The notes: generated by a model from the letters alone, not told the origin. Counted from the stretch's first letter, positions 31,001 through 33,999 are shown. The stretch is DNA of 64,000 bases from Christensenellaceae bacterium (GCA_963667795.1 OY764017.1:790207-854206); one strand, 5' to 3'. Numbers and translations: made by a program.

Positions 31001-33811
31001 TTCATCAAACAGGTTACCGGTGAGTGTGTCGTCGTCCGGATCGCCCGCCGTGCGCTCCCGCACGACAGTAACGAGTTTAACCGCCGCTTCAGGCATGACA
31101 AATGTATAGCTGCCGGTTCCGCCGGTTATATCAATGGTCTTTGTTACGTAAGCCTGTTGACCAGCCGGAAGGTAAGTGTAGGTCAACGCTTCTAATATAT
31201 ACCCTTCGTCCGGCGCGATCTTGACCGTCGCCGTTTCGCCGGCTTTGACTTTCGCAGGCGTCGTGATCGTTGCGTGTGCGTTCGTCTCGGCGGTAATTGT
31301 ATATCCGTCCACACCGTTGAGGCTGTCCGCACCTTTACCCAACGCGTCAGCAGACTGACCGGTGAGCTTTGCTTTCACTTTTGCAAAGAGCTGTTTGACG
31401 ATGGTGAGCACTTGCTTCATGCTGCCGTTGGAGGACGATGCACTCGCGGCGCCCGCCGTGATCGGGTCGGCCGATGTTGCGCGGGTCGTTACCTGCTCCA
31501 GCGCTTCCGACTCGATAGAAATGTTTTTGAAGGCGTTCAGCGTTGCAGCTCCGCCAACCGACGCCTGCACATTTTGCAATACGACCGAGATGGCGAAGAA
31601 CCCGCCGAACAAATTTCCGGAGGACGTCGTCCCGCCGGTGCCGCCTGTTGTGTTCGTTCCGGTATTGGTTGTCGTATTCTTCGTTTGCGGCGCCTTGTTG
31701 CAGGCGATGGTCTGCACCGTCGTACTGCCCGCCGCTTTGATTGAGATGCTGCCGGTTTGCGAAGTAATATCGCCGAGCACGTCAACCGTGCAGTCGGCAA
31801 CCATGACCGAAACCGCAAGCGAGATTGGAAGCTTGCCCGCAGTGGAGCGGACGATCAACGAGGTTTTTGTTTGCGAAAGAATGGTAACCGAACCGACCGC
31901 CGTGATGGATGCGTTTTCGCCGATTGTCACCTGTGCGTTTGCAACGATGACGCCGACGGCCAGCGGAACGAAAAACTTTGCCAGGGAAGAGTTGGATGCT
32001 TCGGCCGTAATCGTTGTCTTGGCGGTGATGTCGACGTTGCCGCCGGAAACGATTGTGCCGAGAATTGTGATGGTCGCAATGCCGACCTTTACGTTGACCA
32101 TGTTAAAGCCGGTGCCGAGGATCGGGATCAGCGGATTGGACTGCGATGTGATCGCGCTGATTGATACCGAACCGGAGGCCCGCAGGCTTGCGCCTTCGGC
32201 AATTGTGACCGACGCAGTGGAGACAACATCCATGATGCTGATATCTACGGTCGTCTCATCATCAATCGGAAGCGTGTCCAGTGTGTCGGACTCGGGGATC
32301 ATGTCGTCTACCGGAATGCTGATCGTCGTATCGTCATCCTGCGTGTTGATCAGGATGTTCGCCGCCTGCAGGTTTCCATCCACCGTGATGTGCTTGCCGT
32401 TAAGCGTAACATTGAGTCCCGCAGCGTTAAGATTGTGGATGGTGAACGTATCGCCGTTGATCAGCAGATTGGCAAGGAAGCCGTTACCTTCAATAGTAAT
32501 GTCCGTAACATCCGTCGGCAGGTCCGCCGCCGCAAGCGCGTAATCCGTGAACGGCTGACTCGCCGTATACGTGCCACCCACGATCTCGGCCGCCGTAATT
32601 TCCACGCGGGCTTTGTTCTTCAGTTCGTCGGTATACTGTTCGACCGTATCGATCGCAAATGCAAGAATCGAATCCGATTCGTCCTGAAGGCTGATGATCG
32701 GAACGCCGCTCGTCTCGTCAATCGAAGCCGAGCTGCTTCCGTCCTCCTTGAGTGTGCCGCTGAGATTCAGCCGGTCCACACCGTCACCACCGCTGACGGT
32801 AGCCTGCGAAGCATTCTCTGCCAGCGCGGTGTCTACGGTGACCAGGTCATCGCCGTCGCCGCAATCGACCGTGACGGTCCCGCGGCTTGCGTCGTCGGTT
32901 GCGCCCCCGGTTCCGGTCACGCTTATGGTGTCGTTTCCATCGCCGCTGTTGATCACGGCGGAAGAGTCGCCTTCTAAACTAACATTAATGTTGTCGTCCG
33001 CGCTCGTGCCGTTCACTGTAACGTCGGAACCTTTTGCGGAGACGACCTTTTCAAGCGAAAGATACAAACCGGCCAAAACGACGTTTATGCCGTCAATGCA
33101 GATATTACCGTTGACGTCGACCGTCCCGTCCGCCTGTGTGCCGATCGTCGTTGTGTCGATCAGTTCACTTTCGGCAGGTGTTTCATACGAATCGTCCGCC
33201 AGTATATATAATATGAAGTTATCGGATACATTGGTATTGGAAACAATATTGATGTCACCGTTATAGGTGCCGGATGTGACGCTGATGGTTGCCGACGTAC
33301 TGTCGGTTGTAATAGAAGAAAGAACCTTGTCGACCGCCTTTTGAATGGCATTGTCCGATTCGCTGACCGTAACCGTCGTGCGGGTGTCACCGTTGTCCGA
33401 TACGATCGTGTTGTCGCCTGTTACAGTTGTCGGGGTCTCGGGCTCAACAGCTTCGCCGGTTTCCGTCAATGTGTTTGTTACCGTCGTGTCGACCACCGCT
33501 CCGCTCGTGTCCAGCGTCTCTGTCGTTGTGGTGGTTACGGAAGGCAGATCGTTTTCAAACGTTCTGTTTGCCTCGTCCGCGTCGATGTCGTCAAGCTGGT
33601 TGCCGGTCGCGCCGTCTTCAGTATGTTCCGCAATCGTTGCCTCGCCGTCTGGCGCAACCAGTGGCACCGTCGACGTAACGTCGCTGCTGCCATCGTCATC
33701 CTCTGCAAACGCTCGGGTCTGCATTCCGCCAAAAACAGCTAGCACGATGAGCACTATCAAAAGAGCTCTCAATGCTAGCTTTATTTGCTTTTTAGATGTC
33801 GAAAACGTCAC
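4085..33811 (-). CDS. Giant (~9,900 aa) Sec-exported filamentous adhesin-like protein; LktA/FHA-like beta-solenoid with multiple inserted modules
   Basis: Single open frame of 29.7 kb. The likely start is GTG 33811 after AGAGGAAAGG, giving the signal peptide TFSTSKKQIKLALRALLIVLIVLAVFGGMQTRAFA|ED. Dozens of G/A/V/S-rich rungs are present (GVGAAVAVN-type and GDIG...P.I-type). Composition is strongly Asp/Glu/Thr/Ala-rich. Confidence 0.9.
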   Translation of the reverse strand: MTFSTSKKQIKLALRALLIVLIVLAVFGGMQTRAFAEDDDGSSDVTSTVPLVAPDGEATIAEHTEDGATGNQLDDIDADEANRTFENDLPSVTTTTTETLDTSGAVVDTTVTNTLTETGEAVEPETPTTVTGDNTIVSDNGDTRTTVTVSESDNAIQKAVDKVLSSITTDSTSATISVTSGTYNGDINIVSNTNVSDNFILYILADDSYETPAESELIDTTTIGTQADGTVDVNGNICIDGINVVLAGLYLSLEKVVSAKGSDVTVNGTSADDNINVSLEGDSSAVINSGDGNDTISVTGTGGATDDASRGTVTVDCGDGDDLVTVDTALAENASQATVSGGDGVDRLNLSGTLKEDGSSSASIDETSGVPIISLQDESDSILAFAIDTVEQYTDELKNKARVEITAAEIVGGTYTASQPFTDYALAAADLPTDVTDITIEGNGFLANLLINGDTFTIHNLNAAGLNVTLNGKHITVDGNLQAANILINTQDDDTTISIPVDDMIPESDTLDTLPIDDETTVDISIMDVVSTASVTIAEGASLRASGSVSISAITSQSNPLIPILGTGFNMVNVKVGIATITILGTIVSGGNVDITAKTTITAEASNSSLAKFFVPLAVGVIVANAQVTIGENASITAVGSVTILSQTKTSLIVRSTAGKLPISLAVSVMVADCTVDVLGDITSQTGSISIKAAGSTTVQTIACNKAPQTKNTTTNTGTNTTGGTGGTTSSGNLFGGFFAISVVLQNVQASVGGAATLNAFKNISIESEALEQVTTRATSADPITAGAASASSSNGSMKQVLTIVKQLFAKVKAKLTGQSADALGKGADSLNGVDGYTITAETNAHATITTPAKVKAGETATVKIAPDEGYILEALTYTYLPAGQQAYVTKTIDITGGTGSYTFVMPEAAVKLVTVVRERTAGDPDDDTLTGNLFDEEDDNGSGVEDVFDNGTAGSEEEKIETPEDPGDAYAIAISPDLTNGALVISTQRADAGIQIVITVNPSTNYQLKADTLKASAQLDGRTSVQTIVANSAGQYVLTMPAGDVTLSAEFEEAPADTTPTTGSTSKSAAQVSGALAVSVSSNTNKAYIDTTGSITAGGTLSINAAATTQSSLLADGSPVGTGASSDLDPLDPANSAAGETDEVTIEQTKETADGRQIVIAMTLNGTVSFVSFNTTENKAAFQLAIRQGYKLTDGSFQYSYTDPETGTPVIGNVTAGSGDSYYITIPVTLAVNVPINITAAFEAERYNITLPASGVTGPASAKKNDEVTLEVVQQEGKTANVTVTGATLSIVDGAYSFIMPAQDVTVAIIYVDKASLLELTGDALTYLNASDTRVDSGETVAFELNADAVASGKNFTITVKLFKLDSTSGDYVEDTSVTISVTDNKFTAPDGLDANSKLVVSASTLNKAYQVTTATVENGTISAPAYADAGETITITVTPSAGYKIKENSLKAKAVETASEVIVTVTQNANGVYTYTVPTPTGGASASMSIQLSAEFVADPDYTGETTTTTTTKKKTFALGVGVAVSIAIHKNYAYIKNGTITVNSIEITATSGSDTSKLIFNADSKAGYSQGDFGIGGAITVLVASAKTKVLIGKDAVITLGEDGTLALTSSSCQTSSVSAQSVSTGTASRVGVGAGIAVAVIGIDVISVVADETNITVASDALLKNIAISADSDNSETMKAEAGSAGGISITPVLALLISGVHVESALGQSAQLLKASEDVAVSSNSVNARELAANAAAAGGKVGVGASFAISILNDSSTAALKRSVYARNVKIKAVGRSSLKSTSRAGSQGASSRSSSSTSSSTTTQDGTSGEDDKGEADKQADKGVGGAAKLAAITGSSNVSTSSVNNQNMNRQPSQTSEGSIQVAAGFNLNIQTNYTEAYIAGGCVVTAYIPVDNPADTEAGTISVETYSDTDAAIYANASATKAKIGVGVAVAINIVSYDTLSHIDDATIQAETLRIIAHMYESAKKETTDASDSGSSSGNIVEQLVEQAITEIIHELADLMGLSDLLDETTLDDTLTDLISSIAGSAVDTLLSGTGLEGLVSSDIETKITSKLATLGTDLTDVLRGQVASSILTLILNKIQETVTPGSTTPETLSYGDQINKMISNIANELFADIVDIDQMKTFFKGDIATQLKTKMTQILKDAGKALTTTALDALSGWLDLPIEETDLGPGHEFVTQAVAGAGASSVGVAGSGAIAIIIGNTQAYLAGVTDAGTYSVTVNGDTEIDAYARQKVSSVASSAVGSDGMADQNLTAGGSSDTGDGSSAGTQYDTKTEGKFVIGSMQNGQVSVNGNTLSVTPDSGYKLNGILTAVRSDTGKNITLTDNGDGTYTFVEPTGSDALAEGATISISAIFEEDLKTITVTTPTNGAASVTDATKTAATSAKVGDRLLVKVTPVDGYTLDHLEYTYTPEGGTATTKQIVTVDDKANNIYAFYMPDENIQINAVFRALAAGETITTTPTNTTSKGKTVGVGASFTLNIATFKVEAGVGDNRSLTSGTIYINAEGRHDLKTVSVSGTDPLSGTDNTTGSTTGTSTTPKDISIDASVAVGLVYNTIRAYVGSGANIVTTGLDTINLDKTEYEEGDPAAEENADYVNFYLGSSYTCTTLTKASGFSVGSGTAVGAAVAVNISYSDVDTEFYGNGTVNGTARIVSYVYSADESQAIATAMGSDMERMLSKFRKAADGTEKTANDIAQGNYADDDVQGDNTNNQTAGKINGELDKNNDTQEEGGTNTTQANNNLPLSSNAMRSQNTTTTGTPDSTTNQANTTTNDNTNGLTGTNNQTQSTKVQVAAAVAVNITHHYAEVDISGNLSAKTFGILSDNDGNFRSLGTGVAMSLASSSNSIAVGVAVSVNANKASVSIAGNLTATDGDLKAEAQLTQNMDGEYRGLLGAQALAGSVAGSDSNLCISGALAIIVSRAETLVSIADYAQLTATNGQVKLSSQDQSKLAVRAGGISISKGSKVGLGASFALVFARNIVKSTIGEYVQINAASFLLRAAKQRVDFSDYESTFDMSLLLTDSTNASPDADKGIIDIKKGSSDKDGYSISINVSTDTVLDAIDLLNFLSSNNYYAESIAGAVSGGSGGTASVAGSMACVFFFNTTEASIGNHSTINVTGDAEVTATADTNARIISGAISASSSKVGVGLTVAALANSDYVNAVVGEYVVINAGGNYAQSAVSDSDYMAITIAASVSTSGSGVGGVIDVIVMDNHVSSTVGQYTTITAGTDLSVSAESSAELLLIALSIAGAGGKCAVGGTIAVVVTNTVTLAEIANDASLVSTGGSVSVRAASYDQLINVLAAASASTGGTAIAGTLGVLIALNHTTARVGSDAVLSGLNDVSVTATGKTWMLVIGMSLSASSQTAAGATISVNVLQRTIQTLIGEGAALTSTGGNVVVQATGENFTLMLTLAVGASGSTALSGTIPVLVGLDTVRTEIGQSARLTAHDSVGVISNLDNHTYIVSGGLAASGSNAVGATISTAVYTNTVETIIGQSAVILSGGIGSGIMVPNRSARRRGVIISATASEDLVLVSIGAAASSSAAVNGVINTLVMRNIVRAQVQPSASITATGTDTYTVAESGGTEELCSGDVVVEADDDSIIINLAGSLSASGSVGIGATVVTLVFMKNVTADVSALATINAGGSIRVLASSNDKLFLLAIAFGAAGSTGIAGGVNALVFRNVVTAALGGTANAQRNVLVQAKTDSLLVNAAFAVGGGGTAGVTAIAVVTYFYNQTLAYAHANAQIAAISGNIAINAYSEEFVTADAAGAAVGGSAGVGGTLDVIITQVITKAYTESAVTLNAGGDIDIVACDEYGLLAVVATIGGGTAGVGITILASVSFNTIEASVGADSILTANGDISVTAGSNRDILSIVMAFGAGAAGVAVSLSVVVSGNKMSQDAHDAIYSSEVQEIYTHNDKDYYVYLDDNQKRLYEYVKDGVSTFYYLEGDSMVSTNYSGEKTAVMVEAETMDPQTQVDEAFSQANPHAADGKPTDSLNDLLAGDGQKAEDLDPGSSDYGQSDDGSDSEMNDDTYDGTVDNSVVHSSRIGSLRDSTSAVVRAGAQLTSNNGDINVLANDHINANMISGTFGVGVYAGVGVGLTVAVLFSNVNAMVESDAVLRAPNGDISVKAASGSESEAIEEINEDTQKVNEQVADLISDSNTSTIRLISVCGGGGLAGVGVTIAVLTVFTEVYSCLAGDVAAAKNVYVNADVNFGQVLTGTLAIGAGYVGVGVSAAAVYYQAKATSAIAGDANLSNITHAIDVTTTGSTCAIAVASAISAGVVAVNAGMAISINRTRIDTFIGQGVTIDAPSAQVGVKTDFTANAIAFTIGLSVGGVAVGATVAIVINLLDSYTYIGITPVGTAVDGSSAAIKGKITAGSINVTSDVTGVTTVYGFGVRGGIVAVNGIVALGFNRATGYAAISGANLEAGTITVTAVLTGDTTVTTTGLIAGGVAVGATVALAQIKSKNVALVDLTGATITASTLNVNAGTSTAPYNSQAIVTVVTGTAGAIAVALNFAIAINASENNAKVIGTSGTLNAGNLNIYAEGNTRAYAIIANVSVAALSVNISVSSATLVSTQTAELNASSAITLTGALNVTSKQNYTLNTYSSFLLQITDRLTDTISGRFSTMAQAYIFAASAAATSVSANVTTAIASATGRAKVKASNLTVNGAINVYSYSRSTAQAKVDNITFAYAAVGIMTGFAYASGTFEAIIVSNGSITAGSINVINSFTSDATSDLSPAAAGVQAAAYSGSVNISYAEANTAAKAYISGTGSITAGAVAVRSIGTVTAYAVVRGVAVSVNFAKVALNECYAKVTASQNAYIENVTLSASSLDIYTRLNNSDETGAVAEVGSSGASSKSVSISFLDGTISLAQAIFTASSHAYISGASMAVSGSVSVNTQARSYANADILTSQYSISVISVSLLSTYAKAEGDFSAYIDSTGASILAGTITVNTEYYAIAYAATGAAGGLGVSVASASSNLAFASNHVTVSSYICGSGSITSTGGVNILTEGYAKSTAIGRTHSFSVSALEVAVNVIEAKLNIDQSAYVNTTGTIEIVNGSLNVQSEIFRTGDFGMASASVGGSGAGLSIALIGATVNQASAIATSVNKAYISGAGSITANSVTVKAKTITEANAQAKKSLTVGLLTVGSLYAVAETGDSVQAYISATQIETHSGDVTVSAIGNTTAYALCEEAGGVGMGIDSSTKAETYVGTNSSKQSVTAGVKGDADITCAGNVTIRAYNSGSARSVVERGMTAALVAVSESELPTNSYYYTSAYVTDNSSITADGSISIISEDFTAAVSNATATQIGFGINAGCTRGRNYMDVTNLANVTARLFAGGSLSVLAKSNADMYAKTYADGGGFFSGDLMKAINSLYRTTTINIGTNSVLTADFGDLLIKASAGENDDIYTYAKISSGGVVALGKAEISTTVNSNVTVNVSAGVSMQDRFNTVSIYADSSMDSLSAIAYVNTSGLGVRPFAKATTNVTLSSKVNISGSDSNAVTIEGRYVNVSSLVSQLYVYTYTYANGKALGADVDADTNMTVNITSATKLTYVSITGHDETYIAASSKPAYHSHNIYGVATARLNAIGEAVAAVDIGGTISATTSINTGVVFIGAYVTVTKVKYNEDRTDDDRNTSGFIVKRKTGSNDLDSEGSATVAAGTQLHLGDAAGGIYIDISGTLNNYTVRQVGLKNESQIWTISGDSITFRQISNALPGTAILKASYSSLLVYDQSYIPSVTITNSTALDIVLLGITVQNTNFIRPTIRNSWGLPISMPSSYGTSGNINLNKSVVTTPTITITNEQDGSVAINGMIANSTGDVNIIWTGETGGALTAVQKVTSISAAVNVAPVWASSLTITNAGSIGAASYMVGETVVTQSFNAYLFNISGSASCVNVSASGGIYMQLTAAELLLLNATQWATKPWEDGSATTDANIDMRMQSIVSTTGDIDIDLPQGIRAYQLMNTNTLTMPVPGTLEYVTDALTTLSQNVTIAGMDALEYYLTSYDPLKDVYCFLLPNDTYLYTDSLGNVMRITEGGVDFAVSDFEFTTDGSGTVTNITLAAGVSIDLTTGKLTVEDNGSYELLLSAVSGTWLVNNIRQSAGSIDLVLSTTTAEIVDGVPVYTSQDNVVSLSYWWSYGTLTYYYISGLYPHVDTDGTYYLIAYDSSDDTFAPYLMEGAISITSGSSSDSLITYHLMTDDGEPHTVTMSSGTVYYELKKEYYNGSVISEAVSRASKIFNVNGLASVGIKYDYNAGKWYYNSTELNIKKINGMYYVPDNYTNSNSTLNGIYESLKGRYWTVSLQTDTRSDYSSWSAQGDNKFYFAVFAYKEDDTNHYWVNKTSLYTYSLNINCTTIVPLSLMLTANENKGDGTSSTQPSKDYTLTFGTPVGETTYTATYTTSVYNDVTSTWELQETTVEEQGYAQAILNIQGLVKNIPIKAVAAIPDNNMVGSVSGYRVTETLYVTTSGLAVMINENNMINGKCFAAKFDGTEYHSDYLNAMELGETSKYSTLEVDEDGNVIYTDENGYIYRLEGSSFVYTGMKTGVEDITGQSAIEIIQNGFFLDAITDGDGNITGYRTALGVELSEDEALQVFSLNGTGAFKDAAGNIYFFESGAIICKQSGVSNISGAVTKQWLLDHADYVYTADNGEVYVFDRNLTELDALYLVYGVDTANPNYTDENGNVYLLVGNDLVYQGAPSDITITGTEALTDLNGMVVGYTVNGKVYLMTEGELGGSDAAYLLYTTVNDATYGFYFKIDETANRYTLDGDGNLVYDGTVLPSGMSNDYSEETLPSGTTTLTTDGEGKALTVSVSGYIYNVHYAYITEDEVTTTVVTYTYSGMMTGIADITASTMIDEVENNADRLYDSEDLSKTFAATITGVEALALLYPTIANLYTDADGYIYELISDSLVYTGERTGVTPTIAGADVRATLINGRDGYYYNGVYFTSIVTESSALKIRYEIVDGAYNSGSHVYELDGSNLVYLGTPVTIVAADTSAYKALQVLKDIDGNIIGYTHKGIAVGQETALKLFKLIGEGTFKDTDGNLYSFVEGQIVRTEAGGTLQTITGESAIEWLMSHTTGYYYVRGGIAYTFDDSITPEEALRIRYELTQGEDGYWYYTHENGSVYRLEGDNLVYYNTPADLPDITSADALITLNGMIIGYTNGEKIVFLDATGEITNVGAAGFQFDKDLDGYYVDADGNRYALEMITPAEGDAYYALTYVDTPEDIADKANADGLTPISIDGDTRTLYVDADGRLFEKISDTQYVYTGERYAEDDTYITIEYLISDIISQIVSYADRVYDNNGVVKTFAAEAHTEGNALYLVYGVDASNRTYTDGTGYIYQLNDALDALVYTGEISSTPACIYGSDTADWLLNNYDGWVSLGRLFEASPVLDPVTGDPTGEYEFAGSAVEALRLVYGMGNSDYYIDINGNVYQIIGDDLVHLGMLFEIEDLTEIEALQWIYPIENGVYTDDDANTFTLISGTLIYAGTPIELADITGDAFDAIYYIYKAVENTGVAFEMTPVKSVYLERLTDTIATDVEGHYYHWSGSSWSVVSNVAHTQTTGTRTTDILGEDGVTVIGTLTETIKTITHTVTYSGETTVVKRIYVWDNEKSTWLRDSAVIELPNHTKVYSDGTVEPASADTLTLHFVEATGIIYYIGYVEAMQGSITITMHDTAGSLIDGNGPDLNMKAGSDIDFYLRTTGTVGEPTKLLDVSSGGFVTVYDITGDRGLISSSIYLFVPAAEGSLTLEENTRIINGATYHVETENGDILGNRVEVIAGNLILDAHSNGSDPTITGAIKIQTLIVHYDAGQDAATDADKVYFSSADLDAEGDIEIGSFTAQDESVVTMNSTGGGLTSTTWSVDNSTVTADVYGDIAIETAGIANGSTVSLTSSNGGLASTSWTVNDSDVTADVYGDISIGTADITNGSTVTLTSSNGGLTSATWTVEDSDVTADVYDDISIDDFSATNASTIQLTSSNGGFASDKWIVDNSYVSIVVYGSIAIAEAEITNGSTVELTSTNGGFTSDSWGVSDSENIANIYGDIEIGASELTNSDVTLYSKTGGLSIGGLYLANSTWSSSVFKTARIALAETHNSNLSLMSTDESILFNTINAEKSNVSLMAYQNIGLLDGTLDNPLISFSKDDTPAEASLTMSAKYGDIGAADHRLLIDIPAEIVVHIDEVSGFYIGAVDLPEATNPFYAIFGGWDGTDETRVYWNGVYLQYSDEQFFEVLLAAQTPQELAQWIAGRTVDRAYFGEIDAVALWTAVHAAATGEADAETLAALFGETLGETLFDAMDGETPTITTDAELLSAILDALNEQELVEIDGVSVLQYVVGDEDALAVLSALLGEDLLSALGDMLSELLTADDIADLFQRALETSTTPEDTYTNTPVRAFNLSIGRSTGVANLTNHGDITIEQQLGNFTVGEIYSARGNVNINALAGSILASSSDNLVTGWDITLNAYNDVGTQTLPIHINQQTNYPIRLVNVDEELYTADQTSRDKTAFNTDFGVRFDPAGSGTSAPPVIVAFGSGSVADDVPVYVLVQIELLNPDGSPMLDEEGNPVTGWALDVAVRYDWLRVTYTGASTLLNANAQNGSVYIEEQSGDLGLGSVNADGNVSLSAPGSIVDNRTEQQRLDDDLNIVAGTDVNLLATGGTIGASYNEPILLSSGGTVTTTSAGAARINAFGNLTLNLSSGTNEVALVATGYVNFVSSNDMVLTGYVYANYGISIDAAGDIGTKDVPFIIDANRAGAGTLALSGGNVYVDELSGDVYLEKLYASGNVVLCVEGSIYDANTESELGQIIQQVVETQLEVDALHNDVDAAQARVDVLTQYLAKKAIEIAEQIIGRDTAQTAYDLANSALLIAQGELATVQAAYDLLVADPSATAEQIAAAQTLLLSAQQNAATARATFDAASEKLAEAEAQVDATQALIDVANALLAAEQLAEKQALLAVAEARLARQKALLSLQISVNDAAIAFDEAQASYDTVMADPASTAAEQEAAALALRRTQGTLEATRYLLSVQTAINEASEVLADGTASAADKLAAQDKLDQANLAYSEASSLIEKYEDTTLDYEALDIADALLKAQQTLTTAQAAYEADPSADNLVALTQAQKTLQAAKDALNALDDYWQVRQTSVPAREHNDTIQQAQLDADAAQAVLDAYAVLASPTATEAEKLAAQTVIDASGMTKAEAEAALENAEQTKNEAETALATLLSENGYATYSEVIDAETAAQTALDTAKDTLKAHETTNDAQTEVDHAEKRLSDANTTYGTISTLMDERDIAANALAAAQLSMDIAYQAWVDVRLVAGSDADSEVIAALNEYLDAQQARDEKQAALTTIDEQLALLPSLSEAQDEIDAAQAELDAAELDLAAKLAAQPSVTLDNFGADYAADAETGAERTTIRTGGDLTITAGGDVGTLLKQITIAVNGIITVQAGESGTIALASSQTMNIGGMTAGTVRITAYGDILDTAPEGGIMIVADEATLQAIDGSIHGSEAVVSVGILSAFADEIYIRNIGALKIGTITAYGTGVLLSAGGSIQQLSGGYVQSPFVKLTANGDIGMESAPVIMNTPELTASGANINITYIGHADSINLTGGNIVLDVGGNLGGGNIHASNLTIDAFGSIGQPDAPLKVWVSNGLTLVMHYGGIYVINHLYTDAVSYSVRTTAATFLVGMMLSGDSDQALPLMLYILFSVTASGELQIRSIYIAEIGNMAVLSEIANGVQEAGLYSIEMAFIDGLSEVSAEFTEAIVEMFPNMQMMTASLFWIAAMRGDIDDGDWAAMIEDLKTVYDSTTVEQMKAVADSFTERWEALYPAVTERLNAEMEDADALLAAAEALRSGELEFVEIINALAELFADPAEFVSRGMDESILQTGNDVAKSDSAMCGAHYNYHGVQSSAA
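4240..4830 (-). mobile_element. Degenerate IS256/Mutator-family transposase core fused in frame as the C-terminal domain of the giant protein (not an intact IS)
   Basis: Ordered motif matches to the IS256 core as I recall it: LYTDAVSYSVR ~ VFIDAIHYSVR; LYILFSVTASGELQIRSIYIAE ~ AYVVLGINxEGxKEVLGIWIGE; EMAFIDGL ~ LIACVDGL; FTEAIVEMFP ~ FxEAIxAVFP; DLKTVYDSTTVEQ ~ DLKxIYxAxTEE; FTERWEALYP ~ FxEKWxxKYP. Confidence 0.75.
5660..7410 (-). other. ~580-aa Ala/Gln-rich coiled-coil segment of the giant protein
   Basis: Continuous heptad-like A/L/Q/E pattern (AQTAYDLANSALLIAQGELATVQAAYD...) broken by recurrent DPSATAEQ-like turns. Confidence 0.8.
9640..10300 (-). repeat. Five tandem 126-nt (42-aa) repeats within the giant gene
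   Basis: Equivalent positions at 9750, 9876, 10002, 10128 and 10254 give an exact 126-nt period. Unit STVSLTSSNGGLASTSWTVNDSDVTADVYGDISIGTADITNG. Confidence 0.9.
11260..14250 (-). repeat. Tyr-rich short repeats arranged as a ~435-aa tandem duplication within the giant gene
   Basis: Recurrent (E)ALxLxY...YTDxDGxIYxLxGxxLVYxG. Paired landmarks about 1.3 kb apart: DGDGNITGY ~14100 / DIDGNIIGY ~12790 and ADRLYD ~13210 / ADRVYD ~11905. Confidence 0.8.
26450..31305 (-). repeat. About eight divergent InlB-B-like (Flg_new_2-type) beta modules in two clusters (29320-31305 and 26450-26965)
   Basis: Pattern Y-x-I/V...NG-x-I/V...G-E-x-V-x-I-x-V-x-P-x-x-GY-x-L...Y-x-F-x-MP-x-x-x-V-x-V-x-A-x-F (e.g. AGETITITVTPSAGYKI; KVTPVDGYTL...YAFYMPDENIQINAVF). 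Confidence 0.7.
32760..33025 (-). repeat. Three to four RTX-like Ca-binding turns near the N-terminus of the giant protein
   Basis: INSGDGNDTISV, VDCGDGDDLVTV, VSGGDGVDRLNL and the weaker NGTSADDNINV. Confidence 0.6.
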
Positions 33812-33999
33812 CGGAATACAAAAACCTTTCCTCTGACCGTGCAGAGTTGGAATGGAATAAATCAAGCTATAAGTGGCTTTTTCAAACTCTAACTGTGCTT
33901 TTGTAGACACATAGAATCGCGCTATAACATACGCTCCACACGAGTATACACTATCTAATTGTAAATTTCCAGTGTTTTTCACGATTTTATTACAATGTG

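Noticed and set aside
4161-33836. Many plus-strand ORFs (up to 417 aa, e.g. 19742-20995, 31362-32543, 13334-14200) inside the giant gene
   Set aside because: They are antisense shadows of a codon-biased gene. Their products are Arg/Cys-rich or low-complexity, with no motifs or SD.
33812-33982. ORF-track N-terminal 57 aa of the giant protein
   Set aside because: It lies in AT-rich leader-like sequence. GTG 33811 has an SD-like run and yields a canonical signal peptide.
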